From assembly GCA_038087875.1 (NCBI GenBank), contig CM075981.1:65968001-66032000 (forward strand): DNA of 64,000 nt, read 5' to 3'. A program made the translations under genes and the position numbers. Numbering within the stretch: the stretch's first letter is position 1; each line of letters begins with the position of its first letter. Below, one piece after another: positions 40,182 to 51,889 of this stretch. The notes below the pieces were generated by a model. It had not been told where the DNA came from and ran no database searches. It saw only the letters and a program-made list of their open reading frames with translations. The stretch comes from Malacoraja senta. Lineage: Eukaryota.

Positions 40182-40693
40182 ATGCAATGGATATGCTACA
40201 AAATACAAAACATGACTACTTTCATTTACATGACATTGCTGTGTCCCAAACATTATGGTGCCCTGAAATGGGGGGACTGTATAAACACTGCTGTAATTTC
40301 TACATGGTGAAACCGAATAAAAATGGCCTTTATTAAAATCTGACAATGTGCACTTTAACCACATGTGATCTTTTCTATCACAAATCTCAAATTGTGGAGT
40401 ACAGAGACAAATAAATAAAAGATAGGTCTTTGTCCCAAATATTATGGAGGGCAATGTAAAGGCAGACTTTAAATAATATGATTGTGAATCATAACTTTGG
40501 AACAACTATAAATACACAGATCATGTCCAGTTGTTGAACCAAGCCTCATTTGTTATTTCAGGTGAGAGTAAATAGCACTAGTTGAAGCACTATTTATAAA
40601 TAGAAGCAGAGGCGATATCCCATGTCCTGGTAGTGTTTACTTTTCAATTTATCTCGCTAAAATAGATTGTCCAGTCATTATCAGATAACTGTT

Positions 40694-40908
40694 AAAGAAG
40701 GAACTGCAGATGCTGGAAAATCGAAGGTACACAAAAATGCTGGAGAAACTCAGCGGGTGCAGCAGCATCTATGGAGCGAAGGAAATAGGCAACGTTTCGG
40801 GCCGAAACCCTTCTTCAGAAGACGGGTTTCGGCCCGAAACGTTGCCTATTTCCTTCGCTCCATAGATGCTGCTGCACCCGCTGAGTTTCTCCAGCATTTT
40901 TGTGTACC
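40694..40908. mobile_element. Fold-back PLE pLTR insertion (215 bp) carrying a hammerhead core
   Basis: 91-bp arms 40726-40816 and 40818-40908 with one mismatch; 14-bp TSD ATCAGATAACTGTT at 40680-40693 and 40909-40922; arm almost identical to the pLTR at 35037-35127. Confidence 0.9.
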
Positions 40909-41372
40909 ATCAGATAACTGTTTGTGGGCGTGGCTGAGTTCACATTTGTGAAAGCATTTGCTGCACATTTAATGGTGACCACAGTTCAGAATTTCTTCAT
41001 TGGTTGTAAATTGGTTGTAAGGGAAAAAAAGCTCTAGGAATGTGAGTCCTATTCTTCTATAGTTTTTATTGGCTGCCTGAAGTGATGAGGAAGATAACCT
41101 TGGTAGGTGGCCTTGATAGCCTTGACTTGCATTTTGTTTTGTGAAGTCAGATGGTAAAAATTGTGGTATCAATTAATTTATACCATCTCTAAGTCATATA
41201 TGGTTATAATTCTTTGACATCAAATATTTTAATCCATTATTACTCTAATAGCGTTTCAACGATCTGACTTCCCCATTAATCTTTGCAATATTTTTTCCAT
41301 TGAGGGTGATGCTGATACCACACACGTTGTTAATGCACTTTTATGAAGCCCAGTTCCCAGTGGCTTCCTTGC

Positions 41373-41497
41373 AATAATATCCTACCGATTTTCTAGCAAA
41401 GGGAACAAATATCTGATCAACCCAACCCAAATTTGTGATTTGGGTTGGGTTGATCACATATTTGTTTCTTTTGCGAGAAAATTGGCAGGATATTATT
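41373..41497. repeat. Isolated 125-bp hairpin (60-bp arms, 5-nt loop)
   Basis: AATAATATCCTACCGATTTTCTAGCAAAGGGAACAAATATCTGATCAACCCAACCCAAAT, loop TTGTG, then its reverse complement with 6 mismatches. Confidence 0.9.
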
Positions 41498-42674
41498 CAT
41501 TATATTTTATATTATTTTCAGCCTTGAATTCTCACTCGAGTTTCTTGGTGATTTTTCCTGAATTACTAAATGTTATACCATGCTATATTCTGAGTTTGCA
41601 GCTTTGTGACAAAAGATTTATGCACATTTTAAAACCTTGCAATTTCATATCAGAACTCACTCAGTAAAACAATGAAACAGCAGATTGCATTTTCTTCTGT
41701 CATCAGACCTGAATTTTTCCATGAGGTTAGGATTTATTTAGAGATTTAGAGATTTATTTAAACAAGTTCACTCATCTCATGTATCTTAATTTCCGAAAGT
41801 GTTGTTTGATAGATGCTGCTTCATTCATTTCATTTGGCAACAAGTGCAGTTTTTCAGTTGATTCCATTATTAAACCAAAACACTCTAATTTGTAAATTGT
41901 AAACATTAAAGTATAATTAGAAGAGTTTGGGTATTTAATTTTTTTGCTATTTGGTCGTTCAGGAGAAAGGCTAATGCTGAAGAATGCCAAATGTCACTGA
42001 GGTTAAAAAAACGGCAGAAATGATGAGAACCGAGAAATAATTGTATTTGTATGTACCTTTCACAACCACTATGTCCCAACGTTGCAGACTATTTTCAAAT
42101 CAATCATAGGGTTATAGTAATGCGAGATTTTAACTTTCCCAGTATTGACTGAGATTGCTCTATGCCAAAGGGCTTAGATGGGATAGAAATTGTTAAGTGC
42201 AGTCAGGAATTTTTTTTGAGGCATTGTGTATGTGAACAGGCCCTTCAGCCCAAATTGTCCATGCTAACCGAGGTGCCTTCCCTGGCCAGTCCCATTTGCC
42301 TGCATTTGGCGCATGGTCCTCTTAAAACCACTTATGGATTTAAAAGGGTAAATCAGGAGATGTGGCTGAAGTACTAAATTAATAATTCTCACCTGTATTC
42401 ACGAAGGAGAAAACATGGAAGAGAGTGGGTTCAGGGAGAGATATATAGATATGCAATCGCCTCCTATGTTTTCCATAATATCCTGAGACAGATCTCACCC
42501 AGCCCTGGGGCCTTATCATCCATTACGTGTTCTGTGAGATTTAACACCTCCTTCTTAATGCTGAGCTGCTTTAGGCAGCGTACCTCTACCTGAACCCCCC
42601 TCTCTTCCGTGTCTGTTTCCTTGGTGAATACAGATGAGTTATTCATTTAGGACCTTGCCCACATCTCCTGACAC

Positions 42675-42790
42675 CACACACAGTGGCACAGTGGCAGAGT
42701 TGCTGCCTAACAGAACCAGAGACCCAGGCTCAATCCTGATCTTGGATGCTGTCTGTGTGGAGTTTGTATGTTTTTCCTGTGACCACATGG
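42675..42790 (+). mobile_element. V-SINE 5' fragment between CR1 remnants (~42230-43060)
   Basis: CAGTGGCACAGTGGCAGAGTTGCTGCC..CCAGAGACCCAGGCTCAATCCTG..GTCTGTGTGGAGTTTGTATGTT; neighbouring GIQQGLVLAPLLFLIYINDLD..FAD is CR1 RT. Confidence 0.6.
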
Positions 42791-43129
42791 TAAGGTTCCA
42801 CATGGTAAGCTGCTCCTCAAGGTTAAGGCATGTGGGATCCAAGTGGAGCTGGCTAATTCGGCCCAAAATTGGAGGGTGTTTTGAAAAATTGTTATATGAG
42901 AGGAAATCTGTGACTCATGGTATACAACAGGGATTGGTGCTTGCACCCTTGTTGTTTTTGATATACATTAATGATTTGGATGTGGTTGTAGAAGGTATGA
43001 TTAGTACGTTTGCAGATAACGCGTGAATTGCTTGTGGATAGCAAGGCAGGTTGTCGAAGGTTGAAGCAGCAGCTCATCTGCTTCCTTAGATCAGCACTAT
43101 CGGACTTCAGCACTATCAGTTTCTGCTCA

Positions 43130-43490
43130 ATAATCAGGAAGGAGCATCGCCAGAGATTCCTGTGAGTCAATGATGGTATTACATTTTTCAAGAAGGCTTT
43201 GAGTACCTTCTTACACCTTTCCCTAATAATCTTTTCATGAGAGAGAGCTGAGAATAGAGTGCCTGTTCCAGGAATGTGGTGTTGGTCATGCAAACAATGT
43301 GACTTGTCCAACAAAGCTGACTATGCGATTAGGACATTGACACTCAGGATATTAGACTGAGAAATACTCTGACACTGGTTAGCCTCTCCTTCCATTGTAG
43401 TTGAAAGATTTTGCAATGGTGGAATTAGTGATATTTCCCCTTCAGTTACCTGCTGTAGAAAGTCAAGTTCTCATAAGCATAGAGAAGGGC
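43130..43490 (-). mobile_element. RTE-clade LINE remnant
   Basis: Minus strand translates approximately QLCWTSHIVCMTNTTFLEQALYSQL, resembling the RTE C-terminal LRW.GH..RM...R.PKQ.LY.EL motif. Confidence 0.5.
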
Positions 43491-43845
43491 AGGTGGACTT
43501 AATTTTGTTCTTGGTTTGAGGTTCTGATTTTCCTCAATTAAACAAAATTTGTGTGATGGGGCCTTGAGGGAGATGGTGAATCCACTTATTGATGTCTGCC
43601 ATCATGGAGCTTGTTCCTGAGACATGACATTTCTGGTCAATGTTCAGTTGATTATGGACATATTAAATCCAAATTGGCTGGTACATTTCATTTATTAGAA
43701 TTGTCATATTGTGATTCTGACTGTAACAAAAACTGAAATCCAAAAGAATTCAGTGGGTCAAGTAACATCTGTGAAGGCAGAAGGTGCAAGTCAACCTTTC
43801 AGCTTCAAAGGTTTCAAAGGTCTTTTATTGTCACGTACCAATTTA

Positions 43846-44386
43846 AGGGGCTGTCCCACTTGGGCGACCTAATTGGCGAGTTTAGAAGAGTTTGAAAAAA
43901 TGACATGTTGAAGACCTCCTTCGACTATGTAGAAGACCTCCTTCGACCTCCTTTGACTATGTTGAAGACCAGCTTCGACTAGCTATGACTAACTTCGGGA
44001 AAATTGGACACCGAATAGTGGAGAGTGAAGACGACCTCCTTCGACCTCCCTTCGACTATGATGAAGACTATCTACGACTACCTTCGACTACCCTCGATTA
44101 CCTACGACTAACATGCCGACCTACTACGACCTACTATGACTAAACCTACGAGTAAAAAAAGTATCGATTTTTTCCATGGCGACATTTTTTTACTCGCGGG
44201 CATTTTTTAACATATTGAAAAAACGCCGCGACCTAGCTGAGGCCTCGAGTACGCGGAGACCACTCTCGAGCATGAAGGAGAGTTGCGAAGACCTCCTACG
44301 ACCTCGTGTCGACCATGCTGCGAGTATGAATCGAGGGCAAACTCGCCAGAACTCGCGGATTAGGTCACCCAAGTGGGACAGGCCCT
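43846..44386. mobile_element. PIF/Harbinger-like MITE (541 bp)
   Basis: TIRs AGGGGCTGTCCCACTTGGG / CCCAAGTGGGACAGGCCCT; flanks TTA/TAA; internal CTTCGAC/CTACGAC array; paralog at 55308-55851. Confidence 0.88.
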
Positions 44387-46143
44387 TAAGGTACAGTGAT
44401 ATGCGAATTAGCCTGAGACCCTGCATCAGGACTGTGATGCAATTGAAAAGATTGCCGTTATATAACAATATGGAAGCAGGTGGGATAGAAGCTGATAGAT
44501 AATAGGTGGAACCAGAGGGAGAGGATGATGGGCAGATTGAGGCTACATCGGCCTCTCACCATTCCTCTCCTCCACTTAGTTCCATGTACCCACTATCCAC
44601 TCCTCATCTCATTTCATCTGTGAAGTACCAGGCACTGTCCCATCCTTTTCCCATCTGGTTTCATTTGTGCATCATCCCTCCCCACCAGTGTCTATCTAGC
44701 ATCTATAGCCTCTATTCCTTCCCCCCCAAATTTTACTATAAATTGAAAACCTTTCTTGTCTTCTCTCAGTCCCGATTCAGGATCTCAACCCGAAACATTA
44801 ACTTGCACCTTTTGACTCCACGGCCACTGCTTGACTCGCTCAGTTTTTCCAATATTCTGTTTTTGTTCCAGATTCCAGCAACTGCATTCGCTTTGGTTAT
44901 GTCAGTCTGACTATTGACCTAGCTATCACAATTCACCAAGCCCTGTCCTGTGAAAGAATGATTAACTTTGATGGATGGACTCTAGAACAGATTTCACAAT
45001 GTGTCTTTGTAATTGACTGTTGAAAGCAGTCTGAAATGTGCAGAATGATGCTTTATAGTCCTAAGTCTCCATGTTCTTGGTTACAGCATATTTGAACAGT
45101 GTTCCTGTGAAAGTCCACAAGACATTCTGAAGATCCAGTTCGGTCTTTATTGTCATTGTATATTTTATTATCTATTATTAAATCGTTGAAAACATTAGCG
45201 ACGCAGTGGTGCTGGTTTACTATCCATTAAAGATAGCAAGGATAAAGGAGCCTTTAAAAATGTCTGTTATTGGTTGTTACCAAAAGCAGTTTAAATGTTT
45301 GAAACTATGTGATATGTTTTCAAATCGAAATAGGAACTGTCTTACAGGTCTATAAAATAATGAAAAGATTGACAGATTGGTGCAGAGAAGAATATCTCCT
45401 TGGCCCCAGGAGTGTTCAAAACTAGGAACTATAAATATATGATTGTTATTAATAAATGTAATAAGGAATTCAGCATAAACTTATCGGTCTTGGGATTGGT
45501 TAGAAACAACGAGCCAATTTTTAGTGCTGGGTAACTAAAGACTCTGTGATCCTACCAACCATTCCCTTAGTGTTCTGATGCACCCTCCATTTCATGCATA
45601 AATCATGCAGTTTCTGAGAAGTGGAAAGTCTGGATTTTAAAAAATGCCAATTCAGGAGGAAAGATGATCTGTAATATTCCTCCTTGCCCTTTTTGCGGCA
45701 ATAACAGGTAAAGGAGATGATTTTATCTCTGACTAACATTATATGCTGCCTGCTTATCCAATATGGTAATCTTTGCCCCAGTCATGTCTGTTTCACAAAC
45801 AAAATAATTCAGCCAGGCAGCTTCTATTGTGCATGCTGGCAAACTGTTTCAGATACTCAATCGGTAAAGAATCACCTTCTGGTATCCAATTTAGAACGGG
45901 CCACTCACAACTTTAGTTTCAGGTCATACAGCATGGAAACTAGCCCTCTAGCCCAACTTGTCCACGCCAACCAGAATGCCCATCTACCCATAGCTGGCCC
46001 ATATTCTCCTAAACCTTTCCTGTCATGTACCTGTCCAAATGTCTTTCCTGTGGTTTTATTTTGAGATTAACCATCCTTTAAAATATATACAATACAGAAA
46101 TAAGCTATGGAGCTTATTGTTCAGTTTAATTTACTTTAGAGAT

Positions 46144-48158
46144 AACCATATAACCATATAACCATATAACCATTACAGCACGGAAACAGGCCATCTCGGC
46201 CCTTCAAGTCCGTGCCGAACATTAAAAAAAAATTTAAAAATAAATACTTCCCCCTAGTCCCATCTACCTGCACTCAGACCATAACCCTCCATTCCTTTCC
46301 CGTCCATATACCCATCCAATCTATTTTTAAAGGATAAAATCGAACCAGCCTGCACCACTTCCACTGGAAGCTCATTCCACACAGCTACCACTCTCTGAGT
46401 AAAGAAGTTCCCCCTAATGTTACCCCTAAACTTCTGTCCCTTAATTCTCAAGTCATGTCCCCTTGTTTGAATCTTCCCTACTCTCAATGGAAAAAGCTTA
46501 TCCACGTCAACTCTGTCTAACCCGCTCATAATTTTAAAGACCTCTATCAAGTCCCCTCTTAACCTTCTGCGCTCCAAAGAATAAAGACCTAACTTGTTCA
46601 ACCTTTCTCTGTAACTAAGTTGCTGAAACCCAGGCAACATTCTAGTAAATCTCCTCTGTACTCCTTCTATTTTGTTGACATCCTTCCTATAATTAGGCGA
46701 CCAAAATTGTACTCCATACTCCAGAATTGGCCTCACCAATGCCTTGTACAATTTTAACATTACATCCCAACTTCTATATTCAATGCTCTGATTTATAAAG
46801 GCCAGCACCCCAAAAGCTTTCTTTACCACCCTATCTACATGAGATTCCACCTTCAGGGAACTATGCACAGTTATTCCTAGATCCCTCTGTTCAACTGCAT
46901 TCCTCAATTCTCTACCATTTACCATGTACGTCCTATTTTGATTCGTCCTGCCGAGATGTAGTACCTCACATTTATCAGCATTAAACTCCATCTGCCATCT
47001 TTCAGCCCACTCTTCCAAATGGCCTAAATCTCTCTGTAGACTTTGAAAATCTACTTCATTATCCACCACACCACCTATCTTAGTATCATCTGCATACTAA
47101 TCCAATTTTCCACACCATCATCCAGATCATTGATGTAAATGACAAACAACAGTGGACCCAACACAGACCCCTGAGGCACCCCACTAGTCACCGGCCTCCA
47201 ACCTGACAAACAGCCATCCACCATTACTCTCTGGCATCTCCCATTCAGCCACTGTTGAATCCATCTTGCTACTCCACCATTAATACCCAACAATTGAATC
47301 TTCTTAACCAACCTTCCATGAGGAACCTTGTCAAAGGCCTTACTGAAGTCCATATAGACAACATCCACTGCTTTACCCTCATCAATTTCCCTAGTAACGT
47401 CTTCGAAAAATTCTAGAAGATTAGTCAAACATGACCTTCCAGGCACAAATCCATGTTGACTGTTCCTAATCAGACCCTGCTTATCCAGATGCTTATATAT
47501 ATTATCTTTAAGTATCCTTTCCATTAATTTGCCCACCACTGACGTCAAACTAACAGGTCTATAATTGCTAGGTTTACTCTTAGAACCCTTTTTAAACAAC
47601 GGAACAACATGTGCAGTACGCCAATCCTCCGGCACTATTGCCGTTTCTAATGACATTTGAAATATTTCTGTCATAGCCCCTGCTATTTCTACACTAACTT
47701 CCCTCAATGTCCTCAGGAATATCCTGTCAGGACCTGGAGACTTATCCGTTTTCATCCTTTTCAAAAGTGTCCGCACCTCCTCTTCTTTGAATCTCATAGT
47801 TTCCATTGCTACTCTGCTTGTTTCCCTTACCTCACATAATTCCATATCCTTCTCCTTGGTGAATACCGAAGAAAAGAAATTGTTCAGTATCTCCCCCATC
47901 TCTTTTGGCTCTGCAGATAGCTGTCCACTCTGACTCTCTAATGGACCAATTTTATTCCTTGTTATCCTTTTGCTATTAATATAGCTGTAGAAACCCTTTG
48001 GATTTACTTTCACCTTACTTGCCAAAGCAACCTCATATCTTCTTTTAGCTTTTCTAATTTATTTCTTAATATTCTTTTTACATTCTTTATACTCCTCAAG
48101 CACCTCATTTACTCCATGCTGCCTATAATTATTGTAGATCTCTCTCTTTTTCCGAACC
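46144..48158 (-). mobile_element. CR1 LINE, non-inverted 3' part (linker, RT, 3' UTR, (TATGGTTA)n tail)
   Basis: ORFs 47075-48025 ([30 protein letters not shown]) and 46254-47069 (C-terminus). Confidence 0.93.
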
Positions 48159-49832
48159 GCATGTACTCCTGTTTGAGTACTGTTGCGGGGGACAGCCTTT
48201 CTGGGGGTAGCGACAGAGGCCGGGCCTCCGGCTCAGAGACCGGCCCTATTACTCAGAAGGGTAGGGAAAAGAAGAGAAGGGCAATAGTAATAGGGGACTC
48301 TATGGTTAGGGGGTCGGATAGGCGATTCTGTGGACGCAGTCAGGAGACCCGGATGGTAGTGTGCCTCCCAGGGTCAGGGATGTGTCTGAACGTGTCCAAG
48401 AGATCCTGAAATTGGAGGGAGAGGAGCCTGAGGTTGTGGTACATATAGGTACCAATGACATAGGCAGAAAAAGAGAAGAGGTCCTGAAAGGAGAATTTAG
48501 GGAGTTGGGAGGAGAGTTAAGGAGAACGTCCGCAAAGGTAATAATCTCAGGATTACTACCTGTGCCACGCGACAGTGAGAGCAGGAACGAAATGAGGTGG
48601 AGGATAAATGCGTGGCTGAGGAACTGGTGCAGCGAGCAGGGATTCAAATTTCTGGATCATTGGGACCTCTTTTGGGGAAGGTGTGACCTGTACAGAAAGG
48701 ACGGGTTGCACTTGAACCCGAGGGGAACCAATATCCTGGCGGGGAGATTTGCAAAGGCTACTGGGCAGACTTTAAACTAGAACGGTTGGGGGGGGGGACT
48801 CAAATAGAGAAAGATGGTAGAAAATGTAGGAGGCAGGAGGCAGAGAAGGGAAGCACTCTGACCCAAAATGTAGGGGAGAAAGAAGAAAAAGATAATAAAC
48901 AGAGAATAAGTGGTGGTGGGTTTCTTAAATGTGTATATTTTAATGCTAGGAGCATTGTAAGAAAGGTGGATGAGCTTAGAGTCTGGATTGACACCTGGAA
49001 GTATGATGTTGTGGCGATCAGTGAAACATGGTTGCAGGAGGGCTGTGATTGGAAACTAAATATTCCAGGATTTTGTTGCTTCAGGGGTGATAGAATTGGA
49101 GGGGCAAGAGGTGGGGGTGTTGCATTGCTTGTCAAGGAAGATATTACAGCAGTGCTTTGGCAGGATAGATTAGAGGGCTCGTCTAGGGAGGCTATTTGGG
49201 TGGAGCTGAGAAATGGGAAAGGTGTAGCAACACTTATAGGGGTGTATTATAGACCGCCAAATGGGGAGCGAGAATTGGAAGAGCAAATATGTAAGGAGAT
49301 AGCAGATATTAGTAGTAAGCACAAGGTAGTGATTGTGGGAGATTTCAGTTTTCCACACATAGACTGGGAAACACATTCTGTAAAAGGGCTGGATGGTTTG
49401 GAGTTTGTAAAATGTGTGCAGGATAGTTTTTTGCAGCAATACATAGAGGTACCTACTAGAGAAGGGGCAGTGCTGGACCTCCTGTTAGCAAATGAGACCG
49501 GGCAGGTGGCGGAGGTAAGCGTTGGGGAGCACTTCGGGTCCAGTGATCACAATACCATTAGTTTCAATATAATTATGGAGAGGGTCAGAACTGGACCTAG
49601 GGTTGAGATTTTTAATTGGAGAAAGGCTAACTTTGAGGAGATGCGAAAGGATTTAAAAGGAGTGAATTGGGACATGTTGTTTTATGGGAAGGATGTAGAA
49701 GAGAAATGGAGGACATTTAAAGGTGAAATTTTAAGAGTACAGAATCTTTATGTACCTGTTCGGTTGAAAGGAAATAGTAAAAATTGGAAAGAGCCATGGT
49801 TTTCAAGGGAAATTGGACATTTGGTTCGGAAA
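48159..49832 (+). mobile_element. Inverted 5' part of the same CR1 (ORF1 esterase plus ORF2 APE)
   Basis: AIVIGDSMVR, HIGTNDIG, DGLHLN (ORF1); FNARSI, AISETW, YYRPP, VGDF, SDH..EPWFSREIGHLVRK (APE); ends in GGTTCGGAAA, the 10-mer that also begins the minus-strand part. Confidence 0.9.
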
Positions 49833-49949
49833 CAGCATGGAAACAAGCCCTTTGGACAACCAAGTCCACGCTGACCATCAATCACTTGTTCACACTAGTG
49901 TTATGTCGCCCACTTTCTCATCCACTCCCTACGCACTGACAAGACGGAG

Positions 49950-50880
49950 TAGAGGAGGAAATAAAAAACTAGTGACATGGTGTTAGGACAATAACCTCTC
50001 CCTCAATGTCAGCAAGATGAAGGAGCTAGTTATGACCTTCAGGAAGCATGACCCAATTAGCATCAATGGTGTGGAACTGTTTGAGAGCTTAATGTTCCTT
50101 GCCATTAATATTACCAATGATGTGTCATAGACCAGCCACAATGATGCGACTGCCAAGAAGGCACATCAACGCGCTACTTCCTGAGGAGATCGAGGAACTT
50201 CAGCATGTCTTCAGTGACTCTTACAAACTTTTACTGATGATCCATGGAAAGCATACTGTCAAGTTGCTTCAGAAGTAGCTTTCCATGGATCATCTGTTCA
50301 GGAATAGGTCTGCCCAAGACTGCAAGAAATTACTGAGAGTTGTAGGTGTAGCTCAGTCCATTACTCCGACCAGCCTTACCACCAATGACTACATCTATAC
50401 TACAGTCCTTCCATAAGCTAGGGTACTGTTCAATTCACCTCTGTCCCAATGAGGACATTGGAATGTGTCCAAGGAACTAATCTGCTACAATGCTGAGAAT
50501 TATATTCTGCACTCCGTATCTTTCCCTTTATTCTATCCATTGTACTTGAGTTTGAACTAATCGTATCTAGGAAGAGTATATCTGATCTGTGTAGAAAGAA
50601 ACTGCAGATGCTGGTTTATACTGAAGAAAGGCACAAAGTGCTGGAGTAACTCAGCGAGCAATATCTCTGGAAGAAAAGGATGGGTCGGTTTGGGTAGGTT
50701 GAGTCTGAAGAAGGGTTCTGACCCGAAGCATCACCCATCCTTTTTCTCCCGTGATGCTCCCTGACCCACTGAGTTACTCCAGCACTTTGTGTACATCTGA
50801 TTGATTTGGATAGCACACAAAACAAAGCTTTTCACTATACCTCGGTACATGTGACAATAATAAACATAAATTTAAACCTA
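49950..50880 (+). mobile_element. Old Rex1/Babar 3' fragment and tail
   Basis: DNNLSLNVSKMKEL and KKAHQR-like motifs; tail CTCGGTACATGTGACAATAATAAAC. Confidence 0.65.
50587..50794. mobile_element. Older fold-back PLE pLTR insertion
   Basis: 23-bp perfect IR CACAAAGTGCTGGAGTAACTCAG (50632-50654 / 50769-50791); degenerate hammerhead at 50705-50732; candidate TSD ATCTGAT. Confidence 0.75.
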
Positions 50881-51889
50881 ACTCAGGTAGGCAACCTGTC
50901 GGCATGGATGAGTTGGCCTGTTTCCTTGCTATATAACTCTGACTCTAAGGTTACTTTGCACCTCTACATCATCAATTATCCTGCTGTTTATTGCATACTA
51001 CTTTGTCTTGTTCCATGTCGCACATACATTACTTTGCACTTATCGGGATTAAATTCTATTTGCCTCTGATCTACCCATCTGACCAGGCCACCTCCACCTT
51101 CCTGTGGTTTCGGGCATTCCTTCTCACTGACAACCCTGCTGCCATTTTTTATCTGAAACGTTTTAATCATCTTTCTTAATGTAAATCTAAATCATTAATG
51201 TTTATTTTTGAAAGCGAGAATGAAAATTGTGGCTTAGCTGATGTCCTTCTTTATCCACACCGCCTGTAAGTGTTGGCACTGTTTGAGGAAGAGAAAATCA
51301 CTTAAAGATTCTGGATATTAGAGTACCTAATGTCTAACTTTAGAATTTAAACTGTCAAAACAGAAATAAAATAATATATTAAACTCTTCATTGCTGTTTA
51401 TTTAATTTTTATAAATCATTTGGTTGGCTAATTCCTAAACGTAATAGAGCATTAATGATAATAGATACTGTCCAAGGAAGATAAGTGATTCTATTTGTAA
51501 ATATCTTCGTCACAGTTTTCTGATATCGCAATCTATCATCCCATCGAATTCTGGCAGGTGCCGTGGTAAGCTGATATGCAGAACTGCTGCGTGGTTCATA
51601 TACACTGGATCAGCCAAGTGATTGGATGGCCCGAGTGATGCACAGGGGTTGTTAGAATTACTGTCCTTGCCAGTGTCCAGCAATTTATCACAGAAATACT
51701 CCTAAAGCCAAGTACTGGGTGATGAACAGGCAATAGGCTTCACTATTTTCTTTTCACACGTAAACAAAAATGATTTTCTTACTGCAGTGTTAACAAATTT
51801 TAAGTCGCTACAAAATCACATTTGCATGTCCATTGAAGGTCTGGCCACTTGGTGCACCTTGAATCTGGAGCTTTCATAAAGTAGTTCCA

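Larger units (their letters stand above)
38865..40456 (+). mobile_element. Tc1 transposon (IR/DR-type long TIRs), internally deleted, with nested CR1
   Basis: TA|CAGTGCCCTCC ... GGAGGGCAATG|TA; ~190-bp matching TIR segments; inner repeat TGTCCCAAACATTATGG at ~40242; transposase motifs. Confidence 0.92.

Noticed and set aside
43900-44150. Possible CRISPR-like repeat array
   Set aside because: Short irregular motifs with no unique spacers, inside a TIR-bounded MITE in eukaryotic DNA; no cas genes.
48361-49874. Esterase plus endonuclease ORFs as a host gene pair
   Set aside because: They are CR1 ORF1 and the ORF2 APE domain, frameshifted and truncated.
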